Shown: piece by piece, positions 1 through 8,543 of the stretch | How the letters are laid out: the number at the start of each line of letters is the position of its first letter | Numbering within the stretch: position 1 is the stretch's first letter | From: Thermoflexales bacterium | Lineage (GTDB): Bacteria; Chloroflexota; Anaerolineae; Fen-1058 | Assembly: GCA_017882055.1 (NCBI GenBank) | Contig: JADGQE010000002.1 | Location: 1-35,850, forward strand | Length of the DNA: 35,850 nucleotides | Direction of reading: 5' to 3' | Notes under the pieces: generated by a model | The model's input: only the letters and a program-made list of their open reading frames with translations | The model's database searches: none | Told to the model about the DNA's origin: nothing | Made by a program: the position numbers and the translations under genes

Positions 1-1
1 T

Positions 2-427
2 CCTTATCAGGGCAAGTCGGTAAAAATTGCTCAAAGACCCATCCCGCCGTTTGAAACGCTCCAATCGCCACAGGACGAGTTTAAGCCAGCAGACCCGCCG
101 CGTGTGAACTTTGAGGTGGTTGATGCGCGTCATTCTGATGTAGCTGTGACTGAGTTCGACCCTCCGCTCATCTTAGAGATCGAATTTACGGATGAACAAA
201 TTAAGGCCGCGCAGCAAGCAGCCCAAGAGGGGAAGCTAACTCATGTAGAGAACCAACCAGCCATGCCGCTCTGGGGTTTTTGGGATGGGACACATTGGGT
301 CGCCTTTACCAAAGAGAAGCATAAGCTTGACTATATTCCAAATGGGAAAACCAAATCTGGCGTCATTTCAACCGTCAAACTGAACCGTTGGGCGGATCCT
401 CCTATCGCCTGGTGGCCCAGGTCATGA
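2..427 (+). CDS. hypothetical protein, 5'-partial (frame open to window edge)
   Basis: Track ORF 104..427 starts at a GTG, but the same frame is stop-free back to nt 2 (PYQGKSVKIAQRPIPPFETLQSPQDEFKPADPPR then VNFEVV...). The gene probably starts upstream of the window. A strong hairpin terminator follows. No family recognised. Confidence 0.4.
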   Translation, partial: PYQGKSVKIAQRPIPPFETLQSPQDEFKPADPPRVNFEVVDARHSDVAVTEFDPPLILEIEFTDEQIKAAQQAAQEGKLTHVENQPAMPLWGFWDGTHWVAFTKEKHKLDYIPNGKTKSGVISTVKLNRWADPPIAWWPRS

Positions 428-450
428 TCTGATCTCTATTTGAGTATATT

Positions 451-488
451 ACCCGCGCCAAGATCGATCTTGGCGCGGGTTGTTATAT
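451..488 (+). terminator. rho-independent terminator
   Basis: Perfect 30-nt palindrome ACCCGCGCCAAGATC/GATCTTGGCGCGGGT (451..480) followed by T-rich TGTTATAT, 24 nt after the stop at 427. Confidence 0.7.
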
Positions 489-513
489 AATGACCTCCGG
501 GAATGGAGGCGAT

Positions 514-3500
514 ATGCTGCACGTAATTTCTCCACGAGTGTTGTTAGTCGCAGGCGCCGGTGTGATCGCGGTCGTCGTTCTGGTGGTCGTGTTGACCGTC
601 CTCACTCGCGTCACGCCGAGTACGGGGCTGACACCTGTCCCGGCTGCATCGTCGGCGCAGGCCACTCCGGCCAACGCGGTGTGCTTCGTCAGCAACGATC
701 AGGCAGCCTGTGTCAATCGCATTAGCATACAGGCGGCCGGTACCTTGACCGATCAAGTTCGAGCGCAGGTTCAATCGCTGGTATCCGGCCCTACGTCTGA
801 CGAACGTGCTGCCGGAGTCCGATCGGCTCTGCCCGATGGAGCAACATTGAGTGATCTGTCGGTAACCGATCGTGATGTGGTGATCGATCTCGTGCTGCCC
901 GATGCCTTCTTATCGTCGCTCACCGCTTCGCAAGTTGAAGACGCCAACCAACAATTCCTCACGACTCTTCTTCCGTTCGATCTCCTGCGTATCGATGTGA
1001 TGGCGCGCGATTCAACCGGCGCCTTCAAGCCTCTGTCCTCGTTTCTTCCGCCGGTTGTGCAGCCACACAAGGAAAACAGTGCCCCTCTCCCGACGACATC
1101 TGCCTCGTCGGCGGGTTCGGGCCAGCCACCGATCACAGGTCAACCTCAAGGACATGGCGCATTGAGTGGCAAGACAGTGTTTGTGAGTGCCGGACACGGC
1201 TGGTACTGGTATTCGGCAGGCTCTTATTACAACACGCAGCGTCCCGTATATCCAACTACGCCGTATCCTCCGGGGCAGGGCATCATCGAAGACTTCAACA
1301 ACGCCGAAGTCGTCGATCAGTATTTGCTGCCCTACTTGTGGAATTCCGGCGCAGACGCGTGGACGGTGCGCGAGCGCGACATGAATACAGATATGTTGAT
1401 CGTCGACGACAGCAGTGGTGGCTTCTCGACACAAGGCTCGTGGAGTACGGGCACGGGTGGCTATGCCAACAGCTATCACGCGGCGGCGACTTCGGCCTCG
1501 GCTACGGCGACAGCCATGTGGACCTTCGTGCCGCCGACAACGGGCACCTACGCGGTGTATGTGTGGTTCCCTGCTCCTGCCTCGATTACGCGCACGGTGG
1601 ATGTGCACTACTCTATCGATCATGCTGGCGGCACGACGCCGCTCACGATCACGCAAGCTCGCGACAACAGCAACTGGCGCTTCGTCGGCTCATATCCGTT
1701 CCTGGGCGGGCAGGCGGCCAGTGTGCGACTTAGCAATCAATCGAGCACGCCCGGCTTAACGGTCCTGGCTGATGCCATCCGTATTGGCGGCGGAGTGGGT
1801 GATGTCAGCGTGCAGGGCGCGCCGTCCAGCGGCAAGCCGCGCTGGGAAGAACAAGCGATGCAGTATGCCAGGTGGGTGGGCGTGCCCAATGTCGATTCAT
1901 TGAACGACGTGATCGTCCGCCCCATCTATTCCGAATGGGAAAGGGATCCGAGCGAAGATGCCGTGTATATTTCCTGGCATACCAATGGTTACAACGGCTA
2001 CAACACAACCGCACGCGGCACAACGTCGTATATTCATTCATTTCAACCGACGCCTGACAGCGATGTCTTGCAGAGCTACCTTCACACGGAACTGCTGAAT
2101 GATATTCATCTCGGCTGGGATTCGGGCTGGCCCGATCAAGGCAAGCAGTCCGCTGATCTGGGCGAGCTGCGCCTGTTGTCGACGATGCCGGGCGTGTTGC
2201 TCGAGAATGGTTTTCACGATAATCCGATCGATGTCACGTCGATGAAGGATCCACGCTTCAATCAATTGTCGGCGCGTGCGGTCTATCATGGCCTGGTGCG
2301 TTATTGGAACCATATGGATCCGGCTCATGTGCCGCTTGTCTTTTTGCCTGAGCCGCCGACACATTTGGCCGTGCGCAACAGCGGGGCAGGACAGGTGACA
2401 CTGACCTGGCAGCCAGGCCCGACGGATGGGCAAAAGGTATTGGGTGACGCCGCGACGTCGTATCGTGTGTACATCAGCTCGGACGGAATCGGCTGGCGGG
2501 ATGGCATCAGTGTCGCGCAGACCACTTGCATTCTCACCGGCCTCGCGACCAACCAATTGATCTACGTGCGTGTGACGGGCGTGAATACCGGCGGCGAATC
2601 TTTTCCGACACCGGTACTGGCGGCGCGCGTGGCTGCGACGGGCATCGCGCCGATCTTGATTGTGGCGGGCTTCGATCGACTCGATCAGTCCATGACCATT
2701 CCGCAATACGATGCGCCGGTGGGGATCGACATGCGGTTGTTCCTCAATCGCATGAACCGTTACGATTACATCATTCAACATGCCGGCGCTATCACGCCGC
2801 CATTCGATAGTGTGCAGCACGCGGTTGTATCCGATGGGCAGATCGGTCTGAGTAGTTACACCGTAGTCGATTGGCTCGCGGGCCAGGAGGAAACACCGGA
2901 CGTGGCCCTGAACGCCAATGATCAGGCTCAACTCACTGGCTTTTTGAACGGCGGCGGTGGACTGTTCCTCAGCGGCGCGGAGATTGGCCTCGATCTCGTG
3001 ACGAACGGACAGGGGGCGTCATTCTACACCAACCAGCTGCACGCCTCGTTCGTGCTCGACAACGGCGATGTCAATCATGCCTACCTGGTCAATGCTCCGT
3101 CCGGCAGTATCTTCAACGGCCTGGGCAGCATTGCGTTTGATGACAGCACGCACGGCGGCACGTACAACGTCAATGCTCCTGATTCGTTCAATCCATTGAG
3201 CGGAGCGTCGACGGCGCTGGTGTATAATACGGGCGGCCCGGCGGCGATTCAATATCGCGGCGGGACGTGTGGCGGCCTGGTCTATCTGGGGGTGCCATTC
3301 GAAACGATCTATTCCAATGCGATTCGCAATTCGATGATGTCGCAGATCGTCAGTTACCTGGGCAGATGCCTGGCGAGTTCGCTCAACGCTTCCAGGGTGT
3401 CTCTGCCATTGATCGCAAAAAACTATGTCGCTCCGATACCGCCGGTGACGTCGACCTGCTCGAACCTGATCGTCAATGGCAGTTTTGAAGCGGGCGATTT

Positions 3501-3939
3501 ATCGGGCTGGACGACGCCGACTTCCTGGCCGTCACCCGGTACGGTGCTGACGAATACGCTGGGTGGCAGCTACGCGGCGCGTGTGGGCGCGATCGATACG
3601 GCAAACACGCTGACTGGCGACTCGTCGATCCAGCAGGCCGTCATGATTCCAGCCGGCACGTTGACTGCGACGCTATCGTTCGTGCGCTATCCTTATTCGG
3701 GCAATACGACTCAAGATTTTCAATATGCAGCCGTTCTGACAACTACCCAGGTGCCTCGTTATCTGGTGTATGACCAATCGCTTGTGGCGAATGCTCGCTT
3801 GTGGCTGCCGGCGCGGTTCGATTTGACGGCCTTTGCCGGTCAGACTATCCAACTGCGCTTTTCGGCGCGTAATTCCGCGCCGAATGATGGGACCGGTATG
3901 TTCGTCGATGAGGTGGTGCTGCAAGTCTGTACGCCGTAA
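514..3939 (+). CDS. membrane-anchored multidomain N-acetylmuramoyl-L-alanine amidase
   Basis: ORF 490..3939; in-frame ATG 514 preferred because GGAGG lies at 505..509. N-terminal TM helix. GerMN-like segment (LVSGPTSDERAAGVRSALPDGATL). Amidase_3-like motifs (SAGHGWYW, EDFNNAE, ISWHTNGYNG, LLENGFHDNP) are split by a beta-rich insert ending ADAIRIGGG, which I recall as golvesin C-terminal-like. FN3 module (VTLTWQP..YRVYIS..VRVTGVN). C-terminal CBM/jelly-roll-like region (NGSFEAGDLSGW). Confidence 0.8.
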   Translation: MLHVISPRVLLVAGAGVIAVVVLVVVLTVLTRVTPSTGLTPVPAASSAQATPANAVCFVSNDQAACVNRISIQAAGTLTDQVRAQVQSLVSGPTSDERAAGVRSALPDGATLSDLSVTDRDVVIDLVLPDAFLSSLTASQVEDANQQFLTTLLPFDLLRIDVMARDSTGAFKPLSSFLPPVVQPHKENSAPLPTTSASSAGSGQPPITGQPQGHGALSGKTVFVSAGHGWYWYSAGSYYNTQRPVYPTTPYPPGQGIIEDFNNAEVVDQYLLPYLWNSGADAWTVRERDMNTDMLIVDDSSGGFSTQGSWSTGTGGYANSYHAAATSASATATAMWTFVPPTTGTYAVYVWFPAPASITRTVDVHYSIDHAGGTTPLTITQARDNSNWRFVGSYPFLGGQAASVRLSNQSSTPGLTVLADAIRIGGGVGDVSVQGAPSSGKPRWEEQAMQYARWVGVPNVDSLNDVIVRPIYSEWERDPSEDAVYISWHTNGYNGYNTTARGTTSYIHSFQPTPDSDVLQSYLHTELLNDIHLGWDSGWPDQGKQSADLGELRLLSTMPGVLLENGFHDNPIDVTSMKDPRFNQLSARAVYHGLVRYWNHMDPAHVPLVFLPEPPTHLAVRNSGAGQVTLTWQPGPTDGQKVLGDAATSYRVYISSDGIGWRDGISVAQTTCILTGLATNQLIYVRVTGVNTGGESFPTPVLAARVAATGIAPILIVAGFDRLDQSMTIPQYDAPVGIDMRLFLNRMNRYDYIIQHAGAITPPFDSVQHAVVSDGQIGLSSYTVVDWLAGQEETPDVALNANDQAQLTGFLNGGGGLFLSGAEIGLDLVTNGQGASFYTNQLHASFVLDNGDVNHAYLVNAPSGSIFNGLGSIAFDDSTHGGTYNVNAPDSFNPLSGASTALVYNTGGPAAIQYRGGTCGGLVYLGVPFETIYSNAIRNSMMSQIVSYLGRCLASSLNASRVSLPLIAKNYVAPIPPVTSTCSNLIVNGSFEAGDLSGWTTPTSWPSPGTVLTNTLGGSYAARVGAIDTANTLTGDSSIQQAVMIPAGTLTATLSFVRYPYSGNTTQDFQYAAVLTTTQVPRYLVYDQSLVANARLWLPARFDLTAFAGQTIQLRFSARNSAPNDGTGMFVDEVVLQVCTP

Positions 3940-3952
3940 CCGTTGATTGAGG

Positions 3953-4016
3953 GTAACTACTCAGCCCGCATCCTTCGACTATGCGCCGCGCTCCGCTCAG
4001 GAGGCTGAGTAGTTAC
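3953..4016. repeat. long-stem inverted repeat (14-bp perfect arms, 36-nt loop)
   Basis: GTAACTACTCAGCC (3953..3966) pairs perfectly with GGCTGAGTAGTTAC (4003..4016). The loop holds a small CGCAT...ATGCG hairpin. No flanking T-run on either strand. Confidence 0.6.
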
Positions 4017-4018
4017 AA

Positions 4019-5347
4019 TTGAGGCCGTTCCAATTTGAGCTGGCTATGACTTCACGGACTGAAGGCAACATCGGCACGACCACGCTGGTCTTGCGCAACG
4101 CCTTTGCGCGTTTGTCGCGCGAAGATCTCGATAAGCTGCGCCAGTTCGCCACGGTCAGGAGCTATCCATCGAACACGGTGCTGTGCCACGAAGGCGAGAT
4201 CGAGCACACATTTTATGTGCTGCGTTCGGGCGCGACTAAAGTGACGCAGCGCCTATCGGACACTGAAGAGCGTCTGCTGGTGATTCGCGGGCCGGGCGAA
4301 TTCTTTGGTGAACTGGCGTTACTCGAGGATTCGCCGCGCACGGCTTCGGTCACGACGATTGCGGCTTCCGATGTGATCGAAATCACGGGCGAGGTGTTCG
4401 AGCAGGTGCTGGCCAATAGCCCGGCGCTGGCACTGACGTTGCTGCGACGGGCACAGATCGATCTGCGCAATACGATGCAGCGCCAGATTGCGGAGTTGCA
4501 GGAAAAGAACACGGCGCTGGAAAAAGCCTATCGCGATCTGCAGCAAGCCCAGGCACAGCTGCTGGCCGATGCGCGGCTGAAGCGCGATCTGGAACTCGCC
4601 GCGCAGTTGCAGCGATCGATCCTGCCGACGGAGTTTCCGCAGGTGAGGGGGCTGTCTTTTGCGGCGCACGCCCAACCGGCGCGTGAGATGGGCGGCGACT
4701 TTTATGATGTGTTCCAACTCGACAATCAACACCTGGGCTTGCTCGTGGCCGATGTGTCCGACAAGAGTATCCCGGCGGCGATGTTCATGGCCGTGTCGCG
4801 CACGCTGTTTGTCACTGAATCCCGTCGCAGTCTTTCGCCGCGCGAAGTCGTGCTGTCGGTCAATCAATTGCTGCTCGATTTGTCGTCGAGCGACGATATG
4901 TTCGTGACGGCCTTCTACGGCGTCATCCACCTCGCCGATCGGCGCTTAACGTACGTGCGTGCGGGGCAAGACAAGCCTTTGTTGCTGCACGCCGATGGTC
5001 AGATCGAGACGCTGGAAGGCGTGGGGCGTTTCCTCGGCATGCTGCCTGATCCGCCCATCGAGGAACGCAGCGTGACCTTGCAGCCCGGCGATCGATTGGT
5101 GTTGTATAGCGACGGCATTCCCGACGCGATGGATCGCCTCGGGCAATCGTATACGGCTCAACGTTTGAAGCAGATCGTGGTGCAGCACCGATCGGCGAGC
5201 GCGAGTCATCTGGCAGATGCAATCTTCGCCGATGTGCTGGCCTTTCAGGGCGATGCGCCGCAGTATGACGATGTGACGTTGCTGGTTGCGGCGCTTGATG
5301 AAGCGGTGCTCGATGAAGCGGCGCTTGATGAAGCGGCGCTCGATTGA
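4019..5347 (+). CDS. cyclic-nucleotide-binding domain / PP2C (SpoIIE-type) serine phosphatase fusion
   Basis: cNMP-binding motifs (FYVLRSG, GEFFGELALL, RTASV), a coiled-coil linker, and PP2C/SpoIIE motifs (GGDFYDV, LLVADVSDKS, VLYSDGI, DDVTLLV). Start is ambiguous: TTG 4019 or ATG 4046. Confidence 0.85.
   Translation: MRPFQFELAMTSRTEGNIGTTTLVLRNAFARLSREDLDKLRQFATVRSYPSNTVLCHEGEIEHTFYVLRSGATKVTQRLSDTEERLLVIRGPGEFFGELALLEDSPRTASVTTIAASDVIEITGEVFEQVLANSPALALTLLRRAQIDLRNTMQRQIAELQEKNTALEKAYRDLQQAQAQLLADARLKRDLELAAQLQRSILPTEFPQVRGLSFAAHAQPAREMGGDFYDVFQLDNQHLGLLVADVSDKSIPAAMFMAVSRTLFVTESRRSLSPREVVLSVNQLLLDLSSSDDMFVTAFYGVIHLADRRLTYVRAGQDKPLLLHADGQIETLEGVGRFLGMLPDPPIEERSVTLQPGDRLVLYSDGIPDAMDRLGQSYTAQRLKQIVVQHRSASASHLADAIFADVLAFQGDAPQYDDVTLLVAALDEAVLDEAALDEAALD
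5291..5347 (+). repeat. 15-bp in-frame tandem repeat (about 3.8 copies) encoding (A/V)LDEA at the phosphatase C-terminus
   Basis: GCGCTTGATGAAGCG / GTGCTCGATGAAGCG / GCGCTTGATGAAGCG / GCGCTCGATTGA. The last partial unit contains the stop codon. Confidence 0.9.
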
Positions 5348-5355
5348 ATGGTCCC

Positions 5356-5862
5356 ATGACTCACGAGAATCAACCCGTTCGACGTGTGCAAGCGCGCGTG
5401 TATCGGCCGGTGGGCGGCGCATTGTGGTTGGGACCCGCTATCGGGCTGGGGTTTGGCCTGTGCGCGTTGTTGGCGATCGGGTTATTGATCGGGGCGCGGC
5501 CACAGTCTACAGATCCATCAGCCAGTGCGCTTCGGCCAACGGCGATTCTAGCGACGATCACGCCCTCGCCCGTGGTTCCGACGGCGACCTCACGGCCTAC
5601 GCCGGTTCCATCGCCGACGCCGCAAGGTTTATATATCGGCGGCGCGGCTGTGGTGTCTGGCACCGGCTCGGCGCTGCGACTGCGAGCGGATCCGGGCTTG
5701 CAGACGACGACGCTTAAAACCATCAGTGATGGCACGCGCTTGCAGATTCTGGAGGGGCCGCGTAACGCGGATGGCTTGAGCTGGTGGCGGCTGCGTGATC
5801 CGGCGGACGACGCGGAAGGCTGGGCGGCGCAGACCTATTTGATTCCAGGCACGACACCCTGA
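5356..5862 (+). CDS. membrane-anchored SH3b-domain protein (paralogue 1)
   Basis: TM helix (ALWLGPAIGLGFGLCALLAIGLLIG), a Pro/Thr-rich linker, and a C-terminal SH3b-like domain (LRLRADPG..GTRLQILEGP..WWRL..GWAAQTYL). ATG 5356; alternative TTG 5344 overlaps the upstream stop. Confidence 0.75.
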   Translation: MTHENQPVRRVQARVYRPVGGALWLGPAIGLGFGLCALLAIGLLIGARPQSTDPSASALRPTAILATITPSPVVPTATSRPTPVPSPTPQGLYIGGAAVVSGTGSALRLRADPGLQTTTLKTISDGTRLQILEGPRNADGLSWWRLRDPADDAEGWAAQTYLIPGTTP

Positions 5863-5879
5863 AGGCATTTCTGATTTTA

Positions 5880-5910
5880 GATTGCTGATTGAAATCCAAA
5901 ATCAGCAATC
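5880..5910 (+). terminator. AT-rich hairpin, possible terminator
   Basis: GATTGCTGATT-gaaatccaa-AATCAGCAATC (11-bp stem) 18 nt after the stop. It lies inside a larger imperfect palindrome built from GATT/AATC heptads. No clean U-tract. Confidence 0.45.
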
Positions 5911-5937
5911 GGAAATCTAAAATTGAATGAGGTTGCT

Positions 5938-6444
5938 ATGTCACAGATTCAGAATTCGAAAGAGTCAAAAACGGTGGTATCGATTCGGCCGCGACCCGGT
6001 CAAACTGAATTATCCTGGCGTGAATGGCTGATGCTAACGGGCATTGCCATCGTTTCCGTCGTGATTTGCGCCTATGCCGGCAAGTCGATCGTCGGCAATT
6101 TTGCCAACGCGATCCCGACGCCGTCCGTGACACCGACGATCATCCGGCCGACGGTGACCCTGATTCCCACGCCGACTTCGGCCCCGACGTTTACGCCGAC
6201 GCCGGATGTTCCAGCGACGATTGCCAGGGGCGTGTATATTGTCGTGGTAAACGGTGTGAACTTCCGACAGAGCGCGGCGACGACAGCTCAGATCATCCGC
6301 ACCCTGGGCGAAGGCGAAGTGCTGCAAGTGACCGATGGGCCGACCACAGCTGGTAAGTTAACGTGGTGGAAGTTGAAGGACCCCAACGGCGTCGAAGGTT
6401 GGGCCGTGCAGGATTACCTCAAACCGACGGCAGCGCCCAGATAA
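5938..6444 (+). CDS. membrane-anchored SH3b-domain protein (paralogue 2)
   Basis: Same architecture as 5356..5862: TM helix, PT-rich linker, SH3b-like domain (VNFRQSAA..GEVLQVTDGP..WWKL..GWAVQDYL). ATG 5938 preferred over TTG 5923 because GAGG lies 6 nt upstream. Confidence 0.75.
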   Translation: MSQIQNSKESKTVVSIRPRPGQTELSWREWLMLTGIAIVSVVICAYAGKSIVGNFANAIPTPSVTPTIIRPTVTLIPTPTSAPTFTPTPDVPATIARGVYIVVVNGVNFRQSAATTAQIIRTLGEGEVLQVTDGPTTAGKLTWWKLKDPNGVEGWAVQDYLKPTAAPR

Positions 6445-6449
6445 AAGTG

Positions 6450-6498
6450 GAATTCGGAATGCAGAATTCAAAATGAAGAATGTAGAATGTAGAATGAA
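6450..6498 (+). repeat. heptanucleotide tandem repeat (7 units, consensus GAATKNA) spanning the lipoprotein gene start
   Basis: GAATTCG GAATGCA GAATTCA AAATGAA GAATGTA GAATGTA GAATGAA. It holds four ATGs; two are ATG-TAG start-stop pairs and two (6473, 6494) are in frame with the downstream gene. Confidence 0.7.
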
Positions 6499-7894
6499 GC
6501 ATCTTACTCAAGCATTGCTTGTTTTGTTGGTGTTGAGTCTGGCGGGGTGCGGCGCGCCTGCAGCGATCCCTTATTCGCCGACATCAGCAGCGGCCAGAGC
6601 GCCAATCAGTACGCCTATTGGCGCGCCGACCGCAGCGCCAACAGTTACTTCGAGTCAACTACCGATGCCGGCTACAGCAACTGCGCGGCCGGCGCTGGCG
6701 ACTGTAACTTCAGTGCCGACGCAGATACCGTTGCCCACTTCGACTGCAGCCCCGTCGATCTCGGTCGTTGTCCTCTCGGCGCAGTTGTCTGCGACAGTGG
6801 CAGCGCAACTTCCCCCGACCTCGACGCCGGATACATCGGGCATGGCTTTCGGCGGTTTCTCCGGGGTCAATGTACTGCCGCTCAAAACCGCGAATGGCCA
6901 GCCACCACTGTGGGCGGCTTTCACGTATGGGATGCGCAGCTTCGATCCGCAGCAGAATCATTTTGTGTCGATCTTTACTCACACTGAAACGGGTTGGCAA
7001 CAGCTGAGCCGCCTCGATCTGGAAGCGCCCGACTACATCGATCCGGACAGCATCCAGCAAGTTGCGATCGATCCCGCTCACATCTGGCTTGAGGTGCAGA
7101 GCGGTGTTGGCGCTCACGGCGGCTGTTACGATTTGCTGATGTTTGATGGCAGCGTGTTGACCGACACTGTTCAGAACTGCAGCAGCAGCCCCGGCGCGGG
7201 CAGCGTAGTCGATGTGAATGGTGACGGTCAACTCGACGTCGTATTAGATCAAACGGATGCCTATGTCTTTTGCTACGCGTGCGGCGTGCGTTTTCCTGGC
7301 TTTGCGGTGATGCGTTGGGATGGTCAACGATGGGTTGAGGTTCAACTAACATTGCTGCCGGACTCTGCTCCGGCCGAGTTGCGCCAATCGATCAATCACG
7401 CCGTCGAACTGGCGCAGGCCGGATTGTGGAAAGAGGCTTTAGCCGCAGTCGATCAGGCAGCGGCGCTCAACGCGCCGGATGAAACTGCGAATTGGGACGC
7501 CGCCTTGATTCGTTTGCAAGTGAAGGCGCTGCAAGATCAGATCGACAACCAGGCTTACCCGCTGCTTGATAACCTCTTCTACGGCGACTATCCGGCGGCG
7601 TTGAACGTGATGCGTGCCTATTCGCCAGAGCAACTCTTCGGCCCGGATACACCACTGATTACGGGCACCGTGGCTGAAGGTTGGGCCGATTCAGTCACGT
7701 ACTGGGTGACCTCTACAACGACTTCGGCTTTGAAGGTACAGCCCGATCTGGCCGCAGGTTATTTCCTGCAAGGGTGGGGGTTGCATCTTGCCGATCCGAC
7801 TAGCGCCGATGCAGTCGCCGACATCGAAAAGGCCGCGCAACTCGATCCGAATGAGCCGTTGTATTCACAAAGTCTGGCATACTTGAAGAAGTGA
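6494..7894 (+). CDS. lipoprotein with PT/A-rich linker, FG-GAP/VCBS-like motif and TPR-like C-terminus
   Basis: From ATG 6494 the N-terminus is a lipoprotein signal peptide with a lipobox (MKHLTQALLVLLVLSLAGC). Long Pro/Thr/Ala linker, VVDVNGDGQLDVVLDQ motif, helical repeat-like tail. The track start 6473 lies inside the heptad repeat. Confidence 0.7.
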   Translation: MKHLTQALLVLLVLSLAGCGAPAAIPYSPTSAAARAPISTPIGAPTAAPTVTSSQLPMPATATARPALATVTSVPTQIPLPTSTAAPSISVVVLSAQLSATVAAQLPPTSTPDTSGMAFGGFSGVNVLPLKTANGQPPLWAAFTYGMRSFDPQQNHFVSIFTHTETGWQQLSRLDLEAPDYIDPDSIQQVAIDPAHIWLEVQSGVGAHGGCYDLLMFDGSVLTDTVQNCSSSPGAGSVVDVNGDGQLDVVLDQTDAYVFCYACGVRFPGFAVMRWDGQRWVEVQLTLLPDSAPAELRQSINHAVELAQAGLWKEALAAVDQAAALNAPDETANWDAALIRLQVKALQDQIDNQAYPLLDNLFYGDYPAALNVMRAYSPEQLFGPDTPLITGTVAEGWADSVTYWVTSTTTSALKVQPDLAAGYFLQGWGLHLADPTSADAVADIEKAAQLDPNEPLYSQSLAYLKK

Positions 7895-8099
7895 AGGTAA
7901 GTCCGGCATGAAAGTCGGACGCCACTCGGCAATGCAACCACTATACACCTGCCATGAATGTTCCAGCCGCAGTTGCGCGAAGCGTGCGGCAGTTCACTGG
8001 CACGCGCTGGCGCGCAGCAACTGCCTCGCAATATCTTCACGATCCGTTTGTCCGAAGCGTTGTATACTTGAAAGAGCGATGACCAGCGGGTGAGATGAG

Positions 8100-8420
8100 A
8101 TGGACGAGAAACTAAAAACGATTCTAACTGAATTGCACCGTCGCTTCGAAGAACTCTACGGCGAACGATTGGTCAATTTGGTGCTCTTTGGTTCTCAGGC
8201 GCGCGGTGACGCCGCGCCGGGATCGGACATTGACGTGCTGGTTGTATTGCGTGGCACGGTAGACACTTACCAGGAGATTACGCAGACCAGCCGGATCGTA
8301 TCCGATTTGTCGCTGCGGTTTGATGAAGTGGTGAGTTGCGTCTTTATGGATCAAGATCGCTTTGCACATCGTCACGGGCCGCTATTAAGGAACGTCCGGC
8401 GAGAGGGGATTGCAGTATGA
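8100..8420 (+). CDS. MNT-type nucleotidyltransferase (antitoxin of HEPN/MNT modules)
   Basis: Minimal nucleotidyltransferase signature LFGSQARGDAAPGSDIDVLVV, about 105 aa. Its stop overlaps an ATG (ATGA at 8417..8420), as is typical for MNT-HEPN pairs. Confidence 0.8.
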   Translation: MDEKLKTILTELHRRFEELYGERLVNLVLFGSQARGDAAPGSDIDVLVVLRGTVDTYQEITQTSRIVSDLSLRFDEVVSCVFMDQDRFAHRHGPLLRNVRREGIAV

Positions 8421-8508
8421 CAGAGGATCGACCGAACAAATTTCTCGCGCCGCGCAGTTCTTAGAAGTCGCCGAGCGGCTGATCGGCCCGATCCAGCCTT
8501 CGGCGTAA
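8417..8508 (+). pseudogene. HEPN toxin remnant (frameshifted, truncated after about 30 codons)
   Basis: The coupled ATG 8417 reads MTEDRPNKFLAPRSS then stops. The +1 frame reads STEQISRAAQFLEVAERLIGPIQPSA then stops at 8508, which resembles a HEPN helix-1. A full HEPN domain would need about 120 aa. Repeat copy A begins 36 nt later. Confidence 0.4.
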
Positions 8509-8543
8509 TGAATCCGAGTATTTGTCTACCGCGTTTCCTGGAA

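Noticed and set aside
1012-2931. Long minus-strand ORFs (1012..1656, 2038..2931) and several + strand alternative-frame ORFs inside the amidase gene
   Set aside because: They are antisense or out of frame relative to a 1141-aa gene with coherent domain architecture. Their translations are Arg-rich and low complexity.
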